From NCBI GenBank assembly GCA_963841055.1, contig CAWJAV010000002.1, positions 45,045 to 109,044 of the forward strand: a stretch of DNA of 64,000 nt, written 5' to 3'. The DNA is from an uncultured Solirubrobacteraceae bacterium (GTDB lineage Bacteria; Actinomycetota; Thermoleophilia; Solirubrobacterales; Solirubrobacteraceae). Under the pieces are notes generated by a model, which made no database searches, had not been told where the DNA came from, and saw only the letters and a program-made list of their open reading frames with translations. This document shows positions 54,048 to 64,000 of this stretch, one piece after another. A program made the translations under genes and the position numbers. Every line of letters starts with the position of its first letter. The stretch's first letter is position 1.

Positions 54048-54650
54048 ATGCTCGCCTACGTCTTCTGGCACCGCCCCGCGACCGAGAGTCGCGGCGGAGG
54101 ACTACGAGCAGGCGCTGCTGCAGCTTCCACCGCTCGCTCGCGCACCGGCCGCCGCCGGGCTGCTCGGCCTCGGCACGCTGCGGGCGGCGGAGCTGCCGTG
54201 GCTTCCCGACTCGGCGGGCGAGGCCGCGGGCGGCTACGAGGACTGGTACCTGATCGAGAGCTGGAGCGCCGTCGGCGTGCTCGAGATGGCGGCCGTCTCG
54301 CCCGGGCACGAGGGCGCCCACCACGAGGCCGCCCGCCGGGCGGGCAGCGGGGCGGGGGCGATCTACAAGCTGATCGAGGGGAAGGCGAGCCCGGCCGACG
54401 CGCGCCTGGCGGTGTGGGTCACCCGCCCCGGCGGGCAGGGCGAGTCCGACGATCGCCGACCTGCTCGACGACGGCGTGGGGCCCGAGGCCGGCGCGCTGT
54501 GGCAGCGCTCGCTGGTGCTCGGCCCGGCACCCGAGTTCTGCCTGCTTCACACCTCCGCCGAGCTGCCGCCGGAGACCGGCGTCTCCCCGTCGCGGCTGCC
54601 CGCCGGCTGGCGCGCGAGAGCCGCGGCTCGCGAGCGCGCTCGTGGGATGA
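54048..54650 (+). CDS. Hypothetical protein (frameshifted)
   Basis: MLAYVFWHRP...GYEDWYL...LWQRSLVLGPAPEFC spread across frames. Confidence 0.6.
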   Translation: MLAYVFWHRPATESRGGGLRAGAAAASTARSRTGRRRAARPRHAAGGGAAVASRLGGRGRGRLRGLVPDRELERRRRARDGGRLARARGRPPRGRPPGGQRGGGDLQADRGEGEPGRRAPGGVGHPPRRAGRVRRSPTCSTTAWGPRPARCGSARWCSARHPSSACFTPPPSCRRRPASPRRGCPPAGAREPRLASALVG

Positions 54651-54695
54651 GCGCGCCGGTCGGCGCTGGCCATGACGCCTTCGCTACACTCGCCC

Positions 54696-54769
54696 CGTCG
54701 TCGCGACTGGCGCTCGGGTGGAGTCAACCACCGGGAAGCGACGACGCACCGCCGCCGCGCGCCTGGGCA
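54696..54769 (+). ncRNA. ZTP/ZMP riboswitch (pfl motif)
   Basis: P1 CGTCGTCGC(54696-704)/GCGACGACG(54738-46); GACTGGCG; P2 GGTGG/CCACC followed by GGGAAG; 3' GCCGCGCGCCTGGGCA with pseudoknot GGCG/CGCC; TACACT -10 at 54685-90. Confidence 0.88.
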
Positions 54770-54818
54770 CCTTCACAGCACTGACCAACCCCGAGGTCCG
54801 AAGGAGCGAGGAGCCCAC

Positions 54819-57597
<2,779 letters not shown>

Positions 57598-57674
57598 GTC
57601 ACGAGCCGCCCCGGCCGTCGTGTGGCCGGCGTCACATACGGAGGGCGCGACGTTCGGTTAGCCTCACCTCCGCG

Positions 57675-58685
57675 ATGCGAGCGGTTGTCATCACCAAGCA
57701 CGGGGGCCCAGGGGTGCTGGAGGTGCAGGAGCGCCCCGACCCGCCGCTCGGCCCGGGGGAGGTCCGCATCGAGGTGGCGGCCGCCGGCATCAACTTCGCC
57801 GACGTGATGGCGCGTATGGGGCTGTATGCAGACGCACCGAAGACACCCTGCGTTGTCGGCTACGAGGTCGCCGGCACGATCCTTGAGCTGGGGGAGGGGG
57901 TCGCGGCCTCGCACCCGGCGCTTTCGCCCGGTCAGCGCGTGCTCGCAGGCACTCAGTTCGGCGGCTACGCCTCGCAGGTCGTGGTGCCCGCGGGTGACGT
58001 GGTGGCGCTACCCGAGCAGCTCAGCTTCGAGCAGGGCGCGGCGATCCCCGTCAACTATGCGACCGCTTGGGCGGGCCTGAACGCCTATGGACTGCTTCAG
58101 CCGGGACAGCGCGTGCTCGTCCACTCCGCCGGCGGCGGTGTCGGCATCGCCGCGACGCAGATCGCCAAGCATGCCGGCGCCGAGGTCTTCGGGACGGCCT
58201 CGCCGGGCAAGCACGAGCGCTGCCTGGAACTGGGCGTGGACCGTGCCCTGGACTACACGAAAGCCGGATGGGAGCAGGGGATCGGCAAGTTCGACGTGGT
58301 CCTCGACGCGGTCGGCGGCAAGAGCTTCCGCACCAGCTACGAACTGCTTGCGCCCGGGGGGCGCCTGGTCGCGTTCGGAGCGTCCGCCGTCGTCTCCGGG
58401 GAGCGGAAAAACATCGCCACCGCGCTGCGCACGGTGCTGCGCATGCCGCGGTTCAACCTGATCAAGCAGATGTCCGAATCGAAGGCCGTGATCGGCCTGA
58501 ACATGCTGACCCTGTGGAAGGACCACGGCACGCTGGAGCCATGGATCGGCCCGCTCTCCGGGATGCTCGCCGACGGCACGATCGCTCCCGTCGTCGCCGG
58601 CGCATTCCCCTTCGAGGACGCCGGAGAGGCGCAGACGATGATCGTCGAGCGCAGGAACGTGGGCAAGGTCGTGCTCACGCCGTGA
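57675..58685 (+). CDS. MDR-family NADPH:quinone oxidoreductase (VAT-1-like)
   Basis: GINFAD..R.G.Y, GYEVAG, VNYATAW, VHSAGGGVG, RRNVGKVVL; no Zn ligands. Confidence 0.88.
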   Translation: MRAVVITKHGGPGVLEVQERPDPPLGPGEVRIEVAAAGINFADVMARMGLYADAPKTPCVVGYEVAGTILELGEGVAASHPALSPGQRVLAGTQFGGYASQVVVPAGDVVALPEQLSFEQGAAIPVNYATAWAGLNAYGLLQPGQRVLVHSAGGGVGIAATQIAKHAGAEVFGTASPGKHERCLELGVDRALDYTKAGWEQGIGKFDVVLDAVGGKSFRTSYELLAPGGRLVAFGASAVVSGERKNIATALRTVLRMPRFNLIKQMSESKAVIGLNMLTLWKDHGTLEPWIGPLSGMLADGTIAPVVAGAFPFEDAGEAQTMIVERRNVGKVVLTP

Positions 58686-58839
58686 GCTGAGCGCGCTCGA
58701 GCCGCCACGCGGCCGGTGCGCTCTGATTCCACGGCCCCGGCTCTGCCGGGGCGCGCTTTGAGTCGCCGCGGAGCTCTACGTAGAGGGCCGGGGAGTTCCT
58801 CCCGATGGGCCCGCCGCCGGGGAGAAATAGCGTGTCGGT

Positions 58840-60147
58840 GTGACTCGTCTACTACCCGCGCTGGGTGCCGTGCTCGGCGCCCTCGTCCTGCCCACCGCTG
58901 CCTCGGCGGGCTGGTCGGCCCCGCTCACCCTCTCGCACGCCGCGAGCAGCCCAGCCGCCGTCGCCACCGACGCTGCCGGCGAGGCAGCGGTCGCGTGGGA
59001 GACGTTCAGCTCGCTACCGCCGGCGTCGCTGAATCTCTACTGCTCGCTGCATCCCTTCAAGCGCGTCTGTTACCCGGTCGTCTCGGTGCACCTCGCGGTG
59101 CGCACGGCGAGCGGCCGGACAACGGCGCGAACGGTGTGGCGGCAACGATCAGGCGAGCTGGCCGTGTCGGTCGTGATCGCGCGCGGCCAGGTCACCCTCG
59201 CCTGGGGCGGCTACGACGTGGGCGATCCGAACGAGACCGCAAGGGAGGCGCACGGTTCCGTGCGCGGTGGCTGGTCGCGACCGCGCACGCTCGGGCACTA
59301 CTACGACGTGACCTTCACGGGCGGAACGATGCCTCTCTACCCGCGGCTCGCGGTGGCTCCCGCCGGGCGCGTGCTCGCGGCTTGGAGTGCCTGCTCCTCG
59401 GTCAAGGTATGTCCCGGCGCGGCCCCCGGCGTGACCCTCGCCTGGCGCTCGCCCGCCGGGCGCTTCGGGCGATCCCACCGTGTGCTCACGGCCCCCGAAG
59501 GCAGTGTGCCGAGCTTCGACGCGGGCGGGCAGGCCTACCTCTACAGCGGCTGCAGCGGGCGGGTGCTGCTCGCCGCACCCGGCAGCCGCAGCTTCGACCG
59601 CGTCCTGACGCTCGCGCGGGGAGCGGTCCGTCAGGTGTCGCTCGGCCTGTCAGGCCGCGGCGAAGGTCTCGCCTCGTGGATCCCGACGCGCTGCTCGGTC
59701 GACCAGGCGGCCGGACCGCTACCGGGCCCCGTGCTCGCCAGCCGCCTCCTGGGCGGGAGGTTCGCCGCGCCCGGCGCGGCCACCCCCGCGGGTGCAAGCG
59801 CCGCTGCCAGCCAGTCGGTCGCCGTTCCCGGCGGGGGGATCGTGAGCTGGTACGAAGCCCTCCCGAGCGGGTTTCCATCGCTTTCCTCGGTGTCGCTCGG
59901 GACCGCCCCGTCGCTCGGCCCGGGTACCAGCGCGCTGGCGGCCGACGGCGCCGGAGACGTGCTCGCGGGCCGTCCCCGCTGGCCGGTTCCGTCCGTCGCG
60001 TTCGCGGTGCTGCCGGCGGGCGGGGGCGCGCTGCAGAGCGGACCCGGACAGGACGGTCTGGTGGCCGGCGCGCCGTTCGGGCGGGGAGCGGCGCACGCCT
60101 GGACGGAATCGGGCGGCCCGCTGCTGCTCTCGCTGTGGCGGCCCTGA
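58840..60147 (+). CDS. Secreted hypothetical protein (beta-propeller-like repeats)
   Basis: Signal peptide ending ASA; recurring A.AW / W..P..L motifs. Confidence 0.7.
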   Translation: MTRLLPALGAVLGALVLPTAASAGWSAPLTLSHAASSPAAVATDAAGEAAVAWETFSSLPPASLNLYCSLHPFKRVCYPVVSVHLAVRTASGRTTARTVWRQRSGELAVSVVIARGQVTLAWGGYDVGDPNETAREAHGSVRGGWSRPRTLGHYYDVTFTGGTMPLYPRLAVAPAGRVLAAWSACSSVKVCPGAAPGVTLAWRSPAGRFGRSHRVLTAPEGSVPSFDAGGQAYLYSGCSGRVLLAAPGSRSFDRVLTLARGAVRQVSLGLSGRGEGLASWIPTRCSVDQAAGPLPGPVLASRLLGGRFAAPGAATPAGASAAASQSVAVPGGGIVSWYEALPSGFPSLSSVSLGTAPSLGPGTSALAADGAGDVLAGRPRWPVPSVAFAVLPAGGGALQSGPGQDGLVAGAPFGRGAAHAWTESGGPLLLSLWRP

Positions 60148-60171
60148 CCGGAGGCCTGGGATCATGCGGGG

Positions 60172-61731
60172 ATGCCCGACTACGGACATGAGCTGCAGTT
60201 CGGGGTGTTCCTGACGCCGGACGCAGCCAGCGCCGATCGGGTGCTCGAGCTGGCGAATCTCGCCGAGGTGCTCGGCCTGGACCTGGTGACGGTCCAGGAC
60301 CATCCCTACCAGGGGCGGTTCCTCGACACCTGGACGCTGCTGTCGGTGATCGCCGCGCGCACGTCGAGCATCCGCGTCGCACCCAATGTCGCGAACCTGC
60401 CGCTTCGCCAGCCCGTGGTGCTGGCGCGCAGCGTCGCCACGCTCGACATCCTCAGCGGCGGGCGGGCCGAGCTCGGACTCGGCGCCGGCGCCTTCTGGGA
60501 GGCGATCGCGGCGATCGGCGGCCCGGCGCGATCGCCCGGGGCCAGTGTCGACGCGCTGGCGGAGGCGATCGAGGTGATCCGCGCGGTGTGGCGGGCCGAC
60601 GGCGGGCCGGTCAACCACGAGGGCCGCCACTATCCCGTGCGCGACGCGCACCCGGGCCCGGCGCCGCGCCATCACGTCGAAATCTGGCTCGGCGCCTACA
60701 AGCGGCGCATGCTCGCGCTCACGGGCGCTCGGGCCGACGGCTGGGTGCCGAGCATGGGCTACGCGGAACCCGATCAGCTGCCCTCGATGAGCGAGGCGAT
60801 CGACCACGCGGCGCTCGACGCCGGGCGCAGCCCCGTGGAGATCCGGCGGATGTACAACATCAACGGCAGCTTCGACGCGGGCGAAGGGTTCCTGCGCGAA
60901 GCGCCCGATCAGTGGGCCCAGCAGCTGGCAACGTTGACGGCGAGGGCCGGCATCAGCACGTTCCTGCTCGCAACCGACGAGGAGCAGGCGATGAGGCGCT
61001 TCGCGACCGAGGTCGCGCCCGCGGTCCGCGTGCTCGTGCAGGACGCGCGCCAGGCCGCCGCCGAGGGCGTCGCGCCCACTGCCGGGCTCTCGCCCGAGCC
61101 GAGTGGCGCCGGCTCGCCGGCGCCGACGGGGCCCTTCACCGTGACGCCCACGCCCGACGACGGCACCCGCTACGGCGATCAGCCTGCCTGGGATGAGAGC
61201 TCGCGGCCCGCCGGCCCGCTGCCCGACCCCGCGCGCCGCTATACGCCCGAGCAGCTCGCCGCGGGCCGTCACCTGATCGACGTGCACGACGCGCTGCGCG
61301 CGGAGCTCGGCCGGCTGCGCGAGGTGCTCGAGCAGGTCGCGGCGGGGGACTCCGAGCCGGCGGCACTGCGATCGCTGTTCAACCGTATGACGATCCGCCA
61401 GAACCACTGGACGCTGGGCGCCTTCTGTGAGACCTACTGCCGTGCCGTCACCGCCCACCACACGATCGAGGACCGCAGCGTGTTTCCGCATCTCACACGA
61501 TCCGACGAGCGGCTTGCCGCGGTGGTCGAGCGGCTCGGCGAGGAGCACGAGACGATCGCCGCGATGCTCGACCGTGCCGATCAGGCGCTCGTCGGGCTCG
61601 TCGCCGAAGAGCCGCGGGCGCTCGCCCGGGTGCAGCACGAGATCGACCGCATCACCGATGCGATGGGGTCCCATTTCTCCTACGAGGAGCGCGAGCTGAT
61701 CGAGCCGCTGGCGAGGCTCGGCTTTTACTGA
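60172..61731 (+). CDS. LLM-class flavin-dependent oxidoreductase fused to a hemerythrin-like domain
   Basis: QDHPY, D.WTLL, LRQP.VLAR...LD.LSGGR.ELGLGAG, ADGW; C-terminal HDALR, HHTIED..FP, EEH, HFSYEE. Confidence 0.87.
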   Translation: MPDYGHELQFGVFLTPDAASADRVLELANLAEVLGLDLVTVQDHPYQGRFLDTWTLLSVIAARTSSIRVAPNVANLPLRQPVVLARSVATLDILSGGRAELGLGAGAFWEAIAAIGGPARSPGASVDALAEAIEVIRAVWRADGGPVNHEGRHYPVRDAHPGPAPRHHVEIWLGAYKRRMLALTGARADGWVPSMGYAEPDQLPSMSEAIDHAALDAGRSPVEIRRMYNINGSFDAGEGFLREAPDQWAQQLATLTARAGISTFLLATDEEQAMRRFATEVAPAVRVLVQDARQAAAEGVAPTAGLSPEPSGAGSPAPTGPFTVTPTPDDGTRYGDQPAWDESSRPAGPLPDPARRYTPEQLAAGRHLIDVHDALRAELGRLREVLEQVAAGDSEPAALRSLFNRMTIRQNHWTLGAFCETYCRAVTAHHTIEDRSVFPHLTRSDERLAAVVERLGEEHETIAAMLDRADQALVGLVAEEPRALARVQHEIDRITDAMGSHFSYEERELIEPLARLGFY

Positions 61732-61787
61732 AACCCCCGACCGGCGGCGCGCCGGGACGGCGGCCCCGGTGCTAACCTGCGCCGTGA

Positions 61788-61844
61788 ATGTCGCAGCAGT
61801 TCTCGCTTCTCGCCCTTCTCCTGCTCCCCCTCCGGGGGGAATAG
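61788..61844 (+). CDS. leuA leader peptide MSQQFSLLALLLLPLRGE
   Basis: 18 aa with 7 Leu in 9 consecutive codons; TAACCT -10 at 61773-78; the Leu codons are complementary to the leuA RBS region. Confidence 0.8.
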   Translation: MSQQFSLLALLLLPLRGE

Positions 61845-61931
61845 CGCGTGGCGGCCGCGTAGCCGCAAACCCAAGGGAGATACCGATCAGAGATCGGCCA
61901 GCAAGCGAGATAGAGAAGGAGCACGAGCGAC

Positions 61932-63518
61932 ATGAGTAGCCACACCGATCACCAGAGCGAGCGTGACCCGGCGAACCGGGTCCTGATCTTCGATACGACG
62001 CTGCGCGACGGCGAGCAGTCACCGGGGATCTCACTGAACAAGCAGGAAAAGCTCGAGATCGCCCACCAGCTCTCCCGCTTCGGCGTCGACATCATCGAGG
62101 CGGGATTCCCGATCACCTCGCCGGGCGACTTCGAGTCCGTGCAGGCGATCGCGCGGGAGGTTGAAGGCCCCGTCATCTGCGGCCTGGCGCGGACGAGCAA
62201 GCAGGACATCGAGGCGGCGTGGAACGCCGTTCGCGACGCTCAGCGGCCGCGCATCCACACCTTCATCGCCACCAGTGACATTCACATCGAGCGCAAGCTG
62301 CAGACGACGCGCGAGGATGTCATCGGGCAGGTACGGGCGGCGGTGGCACAGGCACGCGAGTACACCGAGGACGTCGAGTTCTCGCCCGAGGACGGTTCCC
62401 GCTCGGACATCGAATACATGGCCGAGGTGATCCAGGTGGCTCTGGACGAGGGCGCCACGACGATCAACGTCCCCGACACGGTCGGGTACACGATGCCGAC
62501 GGAGTACAGGGCGATGTTCGAAGCGCTCTACCGGCTCGTGCCCGACCTGCGGAAGGTCACCGTCTCGGTGCACTGCCACGACGATCTCGGGCTGGCCGTG
62601 GCCAACTCGCTGGCGGGCCTGGAAGCGGGCTGCCGTCAGGTCGAGGGGGCGATCAACGGGATCGGCGAGCGGGCCGGCAATGCGTCGCTGGAGGAGGTCG
62701 TGATGCTGCTGCGCACGCGTGAGCCCTCGCTCGGGCTGTGGACGGCACTCGAGACGACCGAGATCGCCCGCACCAGCCGCCTGGTCTCGCGGCTGACCGG
62801 CTACCCCGTGCAGCCGAACAAGGCGATTGTCGGCCGCAACGCGTTCGCGCACGAGGCCGGCATCCACCAGGACGGTGTGCTCAAGGAGCGCACCACCTAC
62901 GAGATCATGGACGCGACTACTGTCGGGCTGCGCAGCAACTCGATCGTGCTCGGCAAGCACTCGGGCCGCCACGCCCTGCGGAAAGCCCTCGAGGAGATGG
63001 GCTTCGAGGTCGACGGTCAGGCCCTGAACCTCGCCTTCAAGCGCTTCAAGGAGATCGCCGACCGCAAGAAGCAGGTGACCGCGATGGACCTCGAGGCACT
63101 CGTCACCGACGAGCTGCGCGAGGACATCGCCGGCTACGCGCTCGAGTGGTTCGAGGTCGAGTCCTCCTCGCGGCGCTCCCCGCACGCGAAGGTCGGCGTC
63201 ACACTGCCGGACGGAAGCTCGGTCACGGGCAGCTTCATCGGCGATGGGCCGATCGACGCCATCTTCCAGGCGATCAACGCGGCCACCGCGACCTCCCCGG
63301 TGCTGAGCGAGTTCACGATCGGCGCGGTGACCGAGGGCCAGGATGCGCTCGGCGAGGCGTCGGTCGTGCTCGAGCTCGACGGCGCCACCGGCGCCGGGCA
63401 GGGCATCTCGACCGACATCATCGACGCGGCCGGCCGGGCTTATGTGCGGGCGCTGTCCGTCGCCCGGGCACGGGCCGAGGCGCCTGACACAATCGGTCTG
63501 CCGGAGCCCACCGCCTAG
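61932..63518 (+). CDS. leuA: 2-isopropylmalate synthase
   Basis: IFDTTLRDGEQSPG, IEAGFP, PDTVG, HCHDDLG, INGIGERAGN, AHEAGIHQDG, regulatory domain GDGPIDA. Confidence 0.96.
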   Translation: MSSHTDHQSERDPANRVLIFDTTLRDGEQSPGISLNKQEKLEIAHQLSRFGVDIIEAGFPITSPGDFESVQAIAREVEGPVICGLARTSKQDIEAAWNAVRDAQRPRIHTFIATSDIHIERKLQTTREDVIGQVRAAVAQAREYTEDVEFSPEDGSRSDIEYMAEVIQVALDEGATTINVPDTVGYTMPTEYRAMFEALYRLVPDLRKVTVSVHCHDDLGLAVANSLAGLEAGCRQVEGAINGIGERAGNASLEEVVMLLRTREPSLGLWTALETTEIARTSRLVSRLTGYPVQPNKAIVGRNAFAHEAGIHQDGVLKERTTYEIMDATTVGLRSNSIVLGKHSGRHALRKALEEMGFEVDGQALNLAFKRFKEIADRKKQVTAMDLEALVTDELREDIAGYALEWFEVESSSRRSPHAKVGVTLPDGSSVTGSFIGDGPIDAIFQAINAATATSPVLSEFTIGAVTEGQDALGEASVVLELDGATGAGQGISTDIIDAAGRAYVRALSVARARAEAPDTIGLPEPTA

Positions 63519-63716
63519 CGCGCCCGAGCCCTGGCCCGCGCGGGGGTGTGTGTTCAAGCGCACACGTCCGCGCGGGAAGATCGTGGCTCGGGGGCGGTCC
63601 CTGATGGCATGCCCACCGTCACGTCCGCCCGCCCCCGGCCCGTCAACGGCGCCGGCTCGTTGCTGCGGCCCCAGGTAGCTCGCACGCGGTGGCGGGCAGC
63701 GCCTAGGCTTCTGGAG

Positions 63717-64000
63717 ATGGCTCCCGTGACGCGCTACGCCCGCAGCGTCGACGGCACCAACATCGCGTATCACGTTGTCGGCGACGGCGACGTTGATCTC
63801 GTATTCGTGCCGACCTTCATTTCGAACATCGAGCTGAGCTGGGAGCTACCGAAGGTCGCGACCTTCCTGGGCGGGCTGGCGGAGCGGGTGCGCCTGATCG
63901 TGTTCGACCGCCGCGGCTGCGGCGCCTCCGACGGCCCCGCGGGCTCGGCAACCCTCGAGACGCAGCTCGACGACGTGCGCGCCGTCCTGGACGCGACCGG
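63717..64000 (+). CDS. Alpha/beta hydrolase N-terminus, LipJ-like (3' partial; this type is often fused to a cyclase or HTH domain)
   Basis: MAPVTRYARSVDGTNIAYHVVGDG..DLVFVP..SNIELSW...FDRRGCGASD; TAGGCT 7 nt upstream. Confidence 0.8.
   Translation, partial: MAPVTRYARSVDGTNIAYHVVGDGDVDLVFVPTFISNIELSWELPKVATFLGGLAERVRLIVFDRRGCGASDGPAGSATLETQLDDVRAVLDAT

Overview
High-GC actinobacterial chromosome segment; gene content and protein style suggest Thermoleophilia/Solirubrobacterales (inference). The housekeeping backbone is pheST, argCJBD-GNAT-argG, dnaE, nfo, gltX, an HDOD-LuxR regulator, a CymR-like Rrf2 regulator, cysK-cysE, pcrA, folD, gatCAB, ilvBN, a classical menaquinone cluster (menF,D,H,C,A,B,E plus a methyltransferase), ilvC, serC-serA and leuA. 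An accessory block (about 19.9-30.2 kb) separates the Rrf2 gene from cysK. It carries a tandem array of SnoaL/NTF2-like genes with near-identical in-frame TAG-NNN-RTG junctions and orphan half-cassettes, several secreted proteins, and a UBP-Zn-finger / receiver-TrxB / cNMP-histidine kinase module. Regulatory elements read directly from the sequence: a ZTP (pfl) riboswitch upstream of serC-serA, a Leu-rich leader peptide that pairs with the leuA RBS, a sigma28-type promoter, pervasive leaderless -10 boxes (one is a palindromic bidirectional -10 between menB and menE), and two candidate operators. Most genes between about 47.1 and 56.6 kb carry multiple frameshifts that look like assembly/read errors rather than real decay. 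No rRNA, tRNA, CRISPR array, transposase or integrase was recognised.
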